Source of the DNA: Phoronis australis
Taxonomy: Eukaryota > Animalia > Phoronida
DNA length: 64,000 nt
Assembly: GCA_002633005.1 (NCBI GenBank)
Contig: NMRA01000443.1
Span: 56,251 to 120,250 of the forward strand
Direction: 5' to 3'
Numbering within the stretch: position 1 is the first letter of the stretch; each line of letters begins with the position of its first letter. The notes under the pieces were generated by a model. It saw only the letters and a list, made by a program, of their open reading frames with translations. It made no database searches and was not told the DNA's origin. The position numbers and the translations under genes were made by a program. Positions 1 to 12,614 of this stretch are shown piece by piece.

Positions 1-389
1 CAGCAACACGTCACTTCCATTGTTCCCATCTTGATCCAAATGTCTGGCAACACACCACTTTCAATGTTCCCATCTTGATCCAAGTGTCTGGCACGACGTC
101 ACTTCCAATGTTCCCATCTTGATCCAAGTGTCTGGCAACACCCACTGTCAATGTTCCCATCTTGATACAAGTGTTCAGCAACACGTCACTTTCAATGTTC
201 CCATCTTGATCCAAGTGTTCAGCAACACGTCACTTCCATTGTTCCCATCTTGATCCAAGTGTCTGGCACGACGTCATTTTCAATGTTCCCATCTTGATCC
301 AAGTGTCTGGCACGACGTCACTGTCAATGTCCCCATCTTGATCCAAGTGTCTGGCAACACGTCACTTCCAATGTTCCCATCTTGATCCA
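1..389. repeat. 44-bp minisatellite (~9 copies, runs off window start)
   Basis: Unit AATGTTCCCATCTTGATCCAAGTGTCTGGCAACACGTCACTTCC recurs at 63, 107, 150 and onward; this explains the spurious ORF 11..214. Confidence 0.95.
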
Positions 390-2602
390 CCTTCGCTGTC
401 CATTCATATTTAAAATTCAATTTTGAAATCGATAATTTTAAAAAAGGTTAGACATGGGCATGATCAACAAAATTTCACCAGAATGTCGATCAAGATTACC
501 AAGCGTCTAGTGCCGACTTACGATATGGATTAATTTTAACTCTTTCATTGGTTAAAAGTGACCTCGAGTCACAAATTTGTTCTAACCCTCATACACCAAT
601 TTCTGAAAACCAATTAATTTCATTTGAGCAAATGTACAAAGATTCTCAAAAGATTACACATAATTTCAAGGTACTTAGTTAATTGCTACAAATTATTTCT
701 GTGACACGGCCATAATTACTTGGTTAAACTTTTATTCAGTCAGTCGGAAGTGCGAGCGTTTAAATCTTAGGTCACTTCTCATTGAAACAGACCCCAGGAC
801 TTTCTTGAAAAGAGATGCGTGGGTTTAAAAGTTCCAGTTGTTTGCCTCAGGATCGAACAGGTCGGCAGTAGTCGACAAAAGGTTGCATTCAAATGTAAAT
901 GAGTCCGGGATAGAAATATATTTTTTGTATTATGCCATTTACGGTTCTACTTTGTCTGGTATTTTCATGTTAACTTCTAGGTTGGTTCATTCTTTTGCAA
1001 AAGCCAGACGACTGTGAAAAAGTCTGTACGACAGATGATTGCTATTCTGAAAGTCATACGTGCAGTTTTGAGACTATGAAGTCTAGTAAAATAACGCAAA
1101 TAAATATCTTTTTTATTTTAAATCATCTCATAAACGAGTTTGTTCGCGTCTTGAACATGTTAAGCAAAGGAGTATTAAAAACTCCCTCAATCTACACAGA
1201 ACACATTCATTGCAAATATGTTGGAAAATTTCTTTAAAACAAAATTTAAATCATTTTAAAGAAACTAAAAACCTCTTGTACAATTTGAAACTGCCACGTC
1301 ATCAAAAGACAGTTCGTGATGTATTTTCAGTTGTAACATGAAATAAATTTGCTGGGGTATGTAGTGAGAATTATGTTTCTACCTCATTCCTTTCCAAAGT
1401 TATGAAGTTATTTGTCCCAACATTTTTGCGTTTTACTGTTTCTATGGAAACGTGCGTTTAGCAGACTATATGTCCAAAAATTGTTTTGGCGTTTAAAACT
1501 ATGTTCTGGTCCCCGTCAATAGTTGCCACCCTGAGGTGTGAACCAAACGTTCAGACGTAGTCTGGCTCAGTCATGCTGGCAGTGTTTCACTCACAGATTT
1601 ATAGTGAAAACAACAACTACTAACCACTTGAAGATGATTAGAAATTCGAAGCAGTCATTTTAGCAATTTATCTTTGTTGTGATATCAGGATAGCATTCTC
1701 TAGACAAAGTTTCCTACTAGAGGAGCAAGACCACTCGAACTCATGCGCGTGAAAAACGGACATTTTTGCGAGCAGTGTGTTGAACGTTTTATTCTAGTTT
1801 ATGTTATTAGAACAGTGTAACCCAGCAAAATAAGGACCACTGAAGTGTTTCAGTTCCATGAGTCAAAATTTCTCTCCGCGAGTGCATGACTAATGCCTCG
1901 GGTAAACGGAACGCAACACAGTTCTAAACGTAGGCTCATAAATTGCTCGTTATTATTATAGCAGTTGACATGTACAAGCGAGGTGCCGAGTATGATACGT
2001 GCCCTATCAACGCAGAGAATTATTGTGTATTAAAGGAATGAATACAAAAGTGCGGAAATCGACGTTAGCAAATCTGTTATTGTTCGTCTAATCATAATGA
2101 ATTCTATACTAATGGAAATTTCATTAATTACCCTTTACAATAACTTTTCTGACAACCTGTCATTACATACAACTACAAATTGTGAAAGAAACAAAAGTTG
2201 TAAAATTCGGTCTTTGTTTACCAGATTTCAACACCAATTACTTTATTGATCCGTCAGCAGTTTTCACGCACTTCCACAGTTTATGAGAGGATATTTCTAA
2301 CTGTGACTCCTGTCCAAATCGATTCAACACAGTCGCCCGCAGACTCAGAAATACGTCAATGATCCACGAGTATCCACTGTTGCTAAGCCCCTACTTAACA
2401 AACTTAATGATTGATGAGCCTCCTGATACTGGGTGTTCCATCGAAATAGGAACCCCGGTGTAAAACAGAAATTCCGGATTCCACAACAGACTCCCGCACC
2501 TTCAAACCAGCTAAACAGCCCAAAATCACGAACATCGACCATTAAAACAGAAATTTCAGGAATCGGACAGGAAATCCGAACAGTTTTGACATTTTCTGAT
2601 AC

Positions 2603-2897
2603 CATGTACATGTATGAACTGAACGCGGGATGGACATATGTACATGTATGGACTGAACGGGGGATGGACATATGTACATGTATGGACTGAACGGGGGATG
2701 GACATATGTACATGTATGGACTGAACGGGGGATGGACATATGTACATGTATGAACTGAATGGGGGATGGACATATCTACATGTATGAACTGAACGGGGGA
2801 TGGACAGTGTACATGTATGGACTGAACGGGGGATGGATATATAGACATGTATGGACTGAATGGGGGATGGACATCTGTACATGTATGGACTGAACGC
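2603..2897. repeat. 34-bp minisatellite (~8.5 copies)
   Basis: Unit CATGTATGGACTGAACGGGGGATGGACATATGTA recurs at 2609, 2643 and onward; it generates the repetitive ORFs at 2345-2911. Confidence 0.95.
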
Positions 2898-3594
2898 TCA
2901 GAGATCATCAACGCTTTTCTGAGGATCTGTTACGACATGCTTTAAAACCGGCAATTTCAAAAATAGTCATATTTCTAACGTTTCCATAAATAATGAAGTG
3001 CAAGATTTTATGAAGATGGTTGACTTGTTGTTGGTAATTTCTTCTTGCGGACCTCGAAATAATCATTCATTTGTATGTTGACAGCAATATTTGATACACA
3101 AAGCTCAAATTTTCAACGTTAAATACTTTGGCACATAAACAGCGCTAGAACTTTAAAATCCAAAAGTACTGTCTTGATGAACGGTTGTGGTACAAAGAGA
3201 CTGAAGTGAACACGCGTCTCACGTGTGTGCAACACTGTGTGACAAAATAAAAAATGGAAATGTTAACAGAAAAACTACCATTTCGTAACTTTTGGCAGGG
3301 TGATTATTACGACTATTGGTCAATTCTTCCGTATATTCATACTACTGCTAGTGTAGTGATCCTTATGTAAGCCTGCTGTCCAACAATTCAGCGTATACTA
3401 ATCATGTCTCCAAAGATGTATTACAACCATGCAAATCGTTTCATTTCTTTCATAAACATTCGATAAATGCGACATCAAGTGATTTGCATGATCGTAAAAG
3501 TGAAGCTTAAATGCATACAAGCTTCAGTGTTTCTCTGATCCAATTGCATTTTTGAAACTTTTTAAACAATTGAGTCGTATTTTGTATTTTTCAG

Positions 3595-4338
3595 TTCACA
3601 CTTAGTGTAACCATGACAACATCAGAGTGGGCCCTAGCAATGGAGCAGACAATGATGTTTCTTTTGATAATCGGGAGATGGATGCTTCCAAAAGGTGACA
3701 TGTCACGTGAGCAGCTATCTCAACTACTATTGGTCTACCTGGGTATGGCCATAGATATTTTGGAATTATTTGAAATTTTCAAGGAAACAAAGGTGTTGAA
3801 TGACAAGGTGTTTATCTACGTTGTGCTATGTGGCTTTTCGTGGAGCTTGATGCAATTCACGTTTTTACTTACGCCACCCCCGAAGCAAAAGCGACCAACG
3901 CGTAATCAAGTTGTGGATACACATGTGGAGGTGCCTGAAGTGGACCAGCTTCGCAAAGACAAGTTCAGCTTCATCTACAACGAAAAATTTGCGATATTTG
4001 TTTCGCTGTTCATGCAAGATTTGCCTTTTTTGATTATACGACTTGTTTCAATTTTCCTTTATCAGGTGTTTTCTTATGCAAACACGTTTTTCACTGTGAA
4101 AAACGGAATAATGGTCCTACTTCAGTGTTATCGTCTGGTTGTGCTCACATGTGAGCGTTTGGCAGATAACGACAATGACGAACAGCCAAAGGAAAGGTTC
4201 GAGTTAACCAGTCAGGACACAATGGACAGTATCATTTTAAGATGCCCAGTAACAACTGGGAATGAAGATAGCGTAAATGAAATGCAAACTCCCAAAAGCA
4301 GCTTGGCTGAAGATGGATCAAGCACACACAACACCTGA
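3595..4338 (+). CDS. TMEM26: TMEM26-family membrane protein, paralog 1, terminal exon (upstream exons not found in window)
   Basis: Acceptor TTTTTCAG at 3594, phase 0. Motifs EQTMMFLLIIGRWMLPKGDMSREQLSQLLLVYLGMAIDILE and QDLPFLIIRL...FFTVKN...LQCYRL match the TMEM26 family. Roughly 95% identical (by eye) to exon 3 of paralog 2. Confidence 0.85.
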   Translation, partial: FTLSVTMTTSEWALAMEQTMMFLLIIGRWMLPKGDMSREQLSQLLLVYLGMAIDILELFEIFKETKVLNDKVFIYVVLCGFSWSLMQFTFLLTPPPKQKRPTRNQVVDTHVEVPEVDQLRKDKFSFIYNEKFAIFVSLFMQDLPFLIIRLVSIFLYQVFSYANTFFTVKNGIMVLLQCYRLVVLTCERLADNDNDEQPKERFELTSQDTMDSIILRCPVTTGNEDSVNEMQTPKSSLAEDGSSTHNT

Positions 4339-6189
4339 ACATCACATTCGAATATCGCAAACAGATCGAACGAAACCTACACACATGATGGCAGCAGGTT
4401 TGTGGAAAACCTTAGATGTGAAGGCTCTAATAGAAGTCCAAGGACAAATGAAAGCGCCGACTCCCACGTACAAATCTAAAGATAGAAGTTTCACGTACAA
4501 TGACGTGCCTTAGTGACCTATGACCCGGACTGAGTGGTGGTTGTTACCTTCGGCCCGGCGGTTACAATTCGAAACAGCTCGAGTATTTTCGTAACCTCAA
4601 ATTTCCCCTCCGTGGTGAATGGCGTCATGCACACTTCAGTCTCACGACCCGCTTTTTTCCTGTCTGAATGTCGCGTGGTTTGTAACATGTGCATGAGCAG
4701 ATACCTCTCACATCCAAGGGGAAATTTTCAACTGTTTCCACTATTACGAAAGCAAGTCCCCTGCAATTGGTATGAAGTGACCGAGTTTTGGAAAGGTCAT
4801 ATTTTTCTGTAACTTTTGCATACTTCATCCGGCGTCAGCCGTTTCAGAGTAAAATTACTTTCTGTCTTTGTGTGGAAAAGATATTTTGCAACTTAATTTA
4901 TGACGATTTTGGTAAAAAAAAATGCATTAGCCTGAAATATGCCAAACGAAAAAGACTTCTTCCCCATTTTCTACTGTTAGGAACTAAAAACTAGCGTTTG
5001 TCCCGCCAACCGCATTTGGACGAGTAAAATATATTCAATTGACATTGATTGCATTCTAAACATCGAACTATTCATAATTCATATCAATGCGCTTCTTTGT
5101 GCAACTACTGTTTTACGTGAATACAGCATACTTTCCAGTCCTGTGGCGACCGTTTGGTGGAGTACATAAATTTTCTCAAACAAACTGTAGCTGTATTTGA
5201 AATTTGTATAAATTGGAATTAACCAGAAATACTCATCTATAAAAATTTGCATGTGTGTGTGTGCATGTGTGTATGTGTGTTCAGGTTATTTATCAATTTG
5301 TATTAAGATGAATTTTCCTCTCGCGGACGAGTCATATATCAAGGTCAAGTCACATTTCGATGGAGCTGAGAAGCAATAGATGGCGCTTTCTCTCGAAAAT
5401 GCCCTGACGGCTGTGACGAGCCGATCAACCGCGATGAAATGGGTGATATTCAGTAGCTGAGGATTACACAAGACTTGAGTTGTAGATTTTGACTCACTGC
5501 TATGGTTGAATATATTTTGGATAAAGCAGAGCCCATGATTACCTGACTCCTGACAAATCATATTCTAGGTAAAATGTGTTGAAGTGGAGCAGTTGTACAC
5601 GTGAACAAAAAAGTGTCATCGGAGATTTTTAGGTACTGAGACATTGATAAATTTTCCCTTAATTTTTCGAAGTTTTAAAAGGGCATTTGAATAATCGACG
5701 AGCGAACTCAAAACTGCATACAACTGGTAGCATACAAAGTAGGACGTTGTTTAATTTCCCCAATCTGCGGAGAGAAGTTACAGGAAATGGCAGAGTTTAC
5801 ATTTGAAAACAACAGTGAACAAAACAACTACCATTAGCAATTTCGACGAACATTCAATGCTTGTGGGAAAGATTAAAACCCGAAATTCATGTCACATCAT
5901 GACGAGTCCCACCTAAAACTTCATTTTGGGGCCTGAATATGGCGCATTAGTGTGTCTGCAATGACAAAGGTTGAGTTCAGTGTTGCAGCAGACAAACTGA
6001 AAGAGAGGCTAATTGTAATCTGAAGTTATTTCGTGCAAATACCATTCACAAACAGAGCACACGCAATTTTGCAACGTTTGTTAAAAGACTTTTATATATC
6101 CGGTAAAAAGTGCAAGTATATTTTGCCTTGCGAATTTTCCATTCCAGTCTTTCCGAGCAACAGTGATATGCTTATCAGTTTAGAAGGTG

Positions 6190-6460
6190 GCGTTCAGTTA
6201 TTTTGAATTTATTCTTATGATTAAGTCACCGATTCCCCTGATCTCGATGCGAAAGTCACTGTCATTGAGAAAAGTGATTTCCCGATGAGCGTCAACGCGG
6301 AATCGAACCTGCAACCCTCACTGTCGCAGCCTAGTGCTCGGCAGGTGGCGGTGCTGCACTGCACTTACAGCAGTGTATTTTAATGTATGTAACTCAGTGG
6401 TGAAGTCACATGAACTATATTTATGGCAGTGTATTTAAATGTATGTAACTCAGTGGTTAA
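6190..6460 (-). mobile_element. tRNA-derived SINE-like fragment
   Basis: Minus strand reads GCAGGTTCGATTCCGCG (B-box-like) at ~6297-6313 followed by a non-tRNA body. A short tandem duplication with an A-box-like AACTCAGTGG lies at ~6370-6460. Boundaries are approximate. Confidence 0.45.
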
Positions 6461-6955
6461 GTCACCGGTCTTCATTTCAGCGAATGTCTGGCAGGCAACG
6501 GCGAGAATGGAATTTTTGGAATAAAATCATAAAAACACAACATAGTTTGTTGTTTTATAGATGCGGTCAAAGCCATATAACTTCGAAAATTTTCATCACA
6601 CCTCGCAATAATTCCAAAAATACACACTTTCGGCAGTACAATGACCCTTTACTGGATATAAGTAGGACCCTAGAAAAATGTCCAATTTTAAATTCGGAAC
6701 ATAACATCTCTTAAACGGCTGAACGGGTTCACGTGAAACTTTCAGGTATTATGCTTTATGCAATGTTGCAAATGTTCCAAACAATGACGTGTATGCATCG
6801 TTCGACACCGTTTGAATGTCAATAAAGCAATCAACTACATCTGTTATCATTTATTCATGGCATAATTAGGCAGGTTGAAAATGTGTTAAACAGTTTTTTT
6901 GTCCTTTTGCTAAGAACCGTTCGAAGTTTTACAAACTTAATTCATTAAAGATATT

Positions 6956-6956
<1 letters not shown>

Positions 6957-6988
<32 letters not shown>
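6957..6988. repeat. (GA)n microsatellite
   Basis: Uninterrupted GA run of ~16 units. Confidence 0.95.
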
Positions 6989-6989
<1 letters not shown>

Positions 6990-7378
6990 TTATCTTGGAA
7001 ATGCAATAGTCTTCGTTTGGCCGCTTGCGTCTTTCAAGGAAGCTACATTCCTCGCGAATTTGAAAATGCTGTTATTGTTGAAATTATCCAATATGTTGTT
7101 TTGCATGTATATCCCATGGCGTAGTGTCTTCGATATTTAATCTAGTCTTATTCATTTTTGTTCAGCTCCTTCAACAACGGCCACGTTATTTCTCAAGCAT
7201 TGAAATTTTAAACTACCAACGAGACAATAGAAATGCGACAAATTCTTGAAAGGAAAAAGTACAATGTCGCAATTGGGTCAGCAATTGTGAAAGACTCAGG
7301 CCGCACAACCACGTAATTCGTCGGAGTGCGTACTGAACGAATTGAGGATTCTCAAATTTATGCACGGGGTATACCAAA

Positions 7379-10300
7379 ATGGCAACCGGATGTCTTGGAA
7401 ACACGAGCATCTTTTTCAAATGTACAATAACACGACTATTTTTGATGCTCCATTTACTTTTGCTGGTGTGGAGAGTCTGGGAGACGTATAGCCGGGAATA
7501 CTGGTACTTGTCACTAGCAGGACCTCTGGTGTTCATGTTGCTTGAATTAGCTGTAGTGTTGTACAAGCGAAATGGACAAGAATGGAGAAGGTAAGGAGAC
7601 CCTAGCGATCATCAACTCTAAACTTTTGCCCAAACAGCAGTGAAGAGGAGGTATTCACTCTTTTCAATGTTTTACTCGCTACCAAAAGGGTACTGTGCTC
7701 TGTTTTGCTGGTTTTCCTCGTTCTTTATCCTGTTTATCCAGCGTTGGAGTTTCACTTGGGTGATACACTTAAAAGGATTCTGCTAAAAACTTGACTGTGT
7801 CGCAGAAAGGATATCGGGTTTGTTTGGGTGGTATTTCCCTGTAGTGGTTGTGTTATTCAGTCAAAGCGTAAATCACGCTTTCCAGCTTAGTAGATATTGT
7901 GCAAAGTGACTTTTGGTGGTTGACGAATGTTACATAGTAGCATTTTGTTTAGAGAGCTGAATGGGGTGATCGTTGTTAATATTTCAGTTAATAGGCCAAA
8001 ACCGGGTATAATAACCTTTTCAAACAAATATTTTACTAAATGGTACTAGACCGGTACTAAAAACATGCAACAAAGAAAGCTGCTACATTTTTAGCGATAA
8101 CATGACTCTTTATTTTCTTCAATATCGGTGTACCAGAGAAATCTAGTATTATATACAGTGTACAACAACCCCTGCTTTAAGTTTATATGCCGAGTACGAC
8201 ATTATATGCCGAGTGCGACATTATATGCCGTCAACCAGGGGTAGCATCACCATAGGCCCATATTATCATATCATGAGACATCACCATAGGCCCACATTAT
8301 CATTCCATCACCATAGACCCATATTATCATTCCATGAGACATCATTATAGGCCCATATTATCATACCATGAGACATCACCATAGGCCCATATTGTCATAC
8401 CTTGGGGCATCACCACAGGCCCATATTATCATACCTTGGGGCATCACCATAGGCCCGTATCGCACGTTACAACAACTTTCATGAGAGAGGATACAGGAGA
8501 CTCGATCATTGAAAAGAAACAATAAACAACAAATAACAGTGGCCAACAAAAATACCCAAAGATTACCTTCCGGCATTACACTTGGGTAAAATATCAATGT
8601 TACATAGAATTTTTTATTTCATACAGTTAGATATAATGTGACCTAGACAATAAAGTATTTTCAAAAAGAAGTACATAAAACGAGTCAAAATTTGTCATCA
8701 TACACCACATTGTGGGATCATGTTACTAGTGTCTTGTCTCGCATTGAAACGAAACTGAAGATACATATGGATGGAACATGAACATTAGACAATGGCAATA
8801 AATTTGAGAAAGGTTTTCAAAAGCACGAGAGAAATGAGATGGGATAACATAGTCTGTTTTCTAAAATGTTGTCTTGCATTATTTCTTGTTTGAGTGACTT
8901 GTGACAGTATGGAGAAATGTGAAGGTGTGGTGAACATGACGTCTAAAGGAAAGTGGAGACCGGACTAGGGAAATGAAACCTTTAATTCTGTTTTGAAACA
9001 GGGACAAATACGCTTTGAAAATCCGATAACCTAATACTTACAATTTTTAGGTTATACAGTGTTTAGGGGGTGATTTTTACCCGAATGTTACATGTACTAG
9101 GCTGTTGGACATAGTGTCTGGCCTCAAAAATTATATGCCGAGCAAAGTGATCTTTCGAGTAAGGCGGTGCTTGAAGGTCACGTAGTTCAAATGGTCATTG
9201 TCTGCATTTTTTAAGTTGCGAAAACAAAGTCACGTAAAATATCGAAGATTTTTTATTAAAAGCTCAGACCAACTGTTGAACTGTTGTTTCGGGTAAATTT
9301 GTGCATTTTAGTCCTGTTTCATTGTCATGATTACATCACTTAAAATCTCTACCGATGAAATAACTATCAAAAAGTGACCTAGATTATCGTGAATTTCAGA
9401 TTTTGCCCATCATTCTTCTTTTACCTGTTGTCGTCCATTCCATCGGTTTGGTTCATAGAATTAAACCGTCTGGAAGCGGTGCGCCAAGATCGAGCTAACG
9501 CGGATAACACAACAAACACAGCTGAACTGGACTTCAACGGAGTAAGAAGTTGTTCTCTCGCTTTGGAATTTGTCATAACACTAAGTACATTACTTAAACC
9601 GTCTTCCAGCATCAGAATGGAAAATTTGTCATTGATCCAACTCGTCTGAGTTACCCATATGCCTTTTCTCCGTATTTGGTTCTAAGGTTTCTGAAAGCAC
9701 ACCGTAATTCTGTTCGGAAAAGGGCACTCCTTTTGGTATGATTTGTAGTTTAACGTAGGGGGGGGGGGGGGGGGGNTGCTTCTTGAATGCTTCATTGGCG
9801 TAACTCAGATGCAGCGTCCATGTTTAAACATGATAAATTTCTTTCGTGGACTAATCTCTCAAACTTTCTTTTGAGACAAGAAAAATCTTGGACGACAGCA
9901 CCCCCTAGTAGCATGGTAGTGAAATGGTGGTTTTCGGGAAACTTTTAGTTAGGATGTTGTGTATTCTGTTGCTGTGAACTTTGTGGTCTCTAGTCATAGA
10001 AGATCTGGTTTACATTTTGACTATGATTTTTAGTTTTGTAATTCCGTTTCCAAGCATTGCATAGTGGATCGGTAATCATTTTCAAATTAACTACACGTGC
10101 TTCTATAGTTTTGCATTTTTTTCAGTTTAAACTGAGTGTTACCATGACAACATCAGAGTGGGCCCTAGCAATGGAGCAGACCATGATGTTTCTTTTGATA
10201 ATCGGAAGATGGATGCTTCCCAAAGGTGACATGTCACGTGAGCAGCTGTCTCAACTATTATTGGTCTATCTGGGTATGGCCATAGATATTTTGGAATTAT

Positions 10301-10752
10301 TTGAAGTTTTCAAGGAAACCAAGGTGTTGAATGACAAGGTGTTTATCTACGTTGTGCTAAGTGGCTTTTCGTGGAGCTTAATGCAATTCACGTTTTTACT
10401 TACGCCACCCCCGAAGCAAAAGCGACCAACGCGTAATCAAGTTGTGGATATACATGTAGAGGTGCCTGAAGTGGACGAGCTTCGCAAAGACAAGTTCAGC
10501 TTCATCTACAACGAAAAGTTTGCGATATTTGTTTCGCTGTTCATGCAAGATTTGCCCTTTTTGATTATACGACTTGTTTCAATTTTCCTTTATCAAGTGT
10601 TATCGTATGCAAACACGTTTTTCACGGTGAAAAACGGAATAATGGTAATACTGCAGTGTTATCGGTTGGTTGTGCTCACGTGCGAAAGTTTGGTAGACAA
10701 TGACAATGATAATCAATCTCGAACCAGTCATGGCACAATAAACGATACCTGA
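7379..10752 (+). CDS. TMEM26: TMEM26-family membrane protein, paralog 2; exons 7379-7590, 9400-9541, 10126-10752 (326 aa)
   Basis: GT-AG introns with compatible phases 2 and 0. The spliced protein has KRNGQEWRR|FCPSFFFYLLSSIPSVWFIEL, IIGRWMLPKGDMSREQLSQLLLVYLG and QDLPFLIIRL...FFTVKN...LQCYRL, all TMEM26 hallmarks. Confidence 0.9.
8246..8459. repeat. ~34-35-bp minisatellite in TMEM26 intron 1 (~6 copies)
   Basis: Unit CATCACCATAGGCCCATATTATCATACCATGAGA with variants. Confidence 0.85.
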
Positions 10753-11699
10753 AGAAAACTGGTGTGGTAGATAAACATATTGTAGATCAAACTCAGAAAA
10801 TGGCTCTACTAATGATGGACGAAGAACAAGAAACATCTTCGTGACAAACAGGAAAAGCTTGGACAAAAAAAAAACAAAAGCACAGCAGGAGTCAAAGTTC
10901 AAACGAAGACGTCGATGTTCTTAAAATTTAGAAGAAATGTTGATTGCTACCGATGTCGTTGTCATCTCAGGATTTTTTGGTACTTTATAATGATACCGTT
11001 TGAATTGAAGTGAGGTATCTTTTGATTTCATTGTTATGAAACGATTAGTTGCTCGTGGTAGAGACAAACTAAACAGGCATGGTGATAAGAGCAAAAACTT
11101 AAGAAAGCTGTTAAGTAGTGACAAATACTTGTGGATGCAGTTATGAAAACAGAACATGTGTTTCACTACACGTATCACCGCTGTAGTCGTTTCTCATGTT
11201 ACGTAAAGACCAAACAAGAAATCGAGAAGAACGTGAGTACAAAGTTTCAGACTGAGAAGTTGGGTCGAAGGAACACGCCCAAATTTGACAACTGAAAATT
11301 ACCACACAGTCGGTGTGTACTCAAAGTTTTTCGCTCCATGTTTTCTCTTTCTCTCTCTTTCGCTCTGTGAGCGCGCGCGACCATGCGCGTGGACTTCGTG
11401 TGCTTCTGTTGATGTGGAGCCTTGGTGGCGCGCTATATAATATCAAATCATTCGCGTCGGGATTTCCAACCTTTCATCGGAAACGTAGTTATCCGGGCGC
11501 AACAGAGCCACATTTTGTGTTGGGAATACGCCGCATGTTAATGAATATAATCAGGAAAGCATTACCAAGTAATGCCTTCCTGGTATAATGTAAATTTTGG
11601 ATTAAGGACTTTTTAAGTATAATTGTTCGCATACAATATATTCATTGATCTATACCAAGTGAATTTCAACCACGATGCTTTGATTTGGACATCCAGGAT

Positions 11700-12215
11700 T
11701 GAAAAGACAATATATCTTCTTAATCGTTAGGTGTTTGTAAAATAGTTAAATGTAATTTTGTAGTAGAAAAATGCATACTACAAAAATGCATAACATGTCT
11801 AGAAAATAGTTTTCACAGAGTAGCCCTTGCAAGATTTAGATGTTCGGCGCATTCTTTAATGATTGTTCAGGGAAAGGTGAAGTGGACTTGATATAGAGGA
11901 AAGAATATGTCACTGCTGTGACAGTGGGAAAGTGGAAACAGAATTACACTTTCTTTCGAATGTAATTTATATTCTAATCTACGAGTGCTGTTTTTACCAA
12001 GATACGATAAAGTGGACGAAATAGTGTTTAGATTTTTTTTTACAGACTCATGACTTAACTGTGCTGAGAAAAGTTGCTAGATATTTAATTTATGAGGAGA
12101 AACGTCGAAATGAGTTCCTTGAAATGAATTAATTTAGATTTGAAAAATCTTGTATTCTCTATGTACAGTATTATATATTTGTAATGTGGGCCGGAGGCCT
12201 GTTACATGAAATAAA
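11700..12215 (+). mobile_element. Degenerate 3' end of a non-LTR retrotransposon (LINE ORF2 C-terminus)
   Basis: Frameshifted translation RVALARFRCSAHSLMI...RICHCCDSGKVETELHFL-ECNLYSNLR gives the CCHC-type C-terminal motif of many invertebrate LINE ORF2s. It ends with AATAAA at ~12209. The 5' boundary is uncertain. Confidence 0.7.
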
Positions 12216-12458
12216 CTTTTCTGTTACCAAGGGTTCACATATTCCTGCTGTTCGTGGTCATTTGCATCGTGTAATGATGTAAAATAACATGACGCACATT
12301 ATTGTATTTATTAATGTCTTCTGTTATGTTTTTCTAAGCGTGTGGAATAAAGCGAGTGTACTACGAGTATCCAAACTAGCAGCATGTTCTGAATACATAT
12401 GGGTCATCGTTATAAACTATCCTGATACCAAAAACGTTAATGAGCGCATGTCCTAGAC

Positions 12459-12614
12459 CAGTGCTGTAGTGGGGCGTAGGCGCACGTAGGCGCAGCCAAA
12501 CACCTCTTGACATTTGAACGTAGCGCCTACGCACCGTAAGTTACGTTCAGTGCTCAAGGTGATGCGGTGGGCTTGGGGCGCCTACTTACCTCTAATTTTA
12601 CCAGTACAGCACTG
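12459..12614. mobile_element. 156-bp hAT-type MITE
   Basis: TIR CAGTGCTGTAGTGG ... CCAGTACAGCACTG (13/14 match), with a perfect 8-bp TSD TCCTAGAC at 12451-12458 and 12615-12622. Confidence 0.9.

Noticed and set aside
1-389. Regular repeats as a CRISPR array (also 2603-2897 and 26743-27114)
   Set aside because: Units are head-to-tail with no unique spacers, there are no cas genes, and the context is eukaryotic introns; these are minisatellites.
2345-2911. 188-aa His/Pro/Tyr-rich ORF and overlapping ORFs
   Set aside because: They are translations of a 34-bp repeat cycling through all frames, with no splice support.
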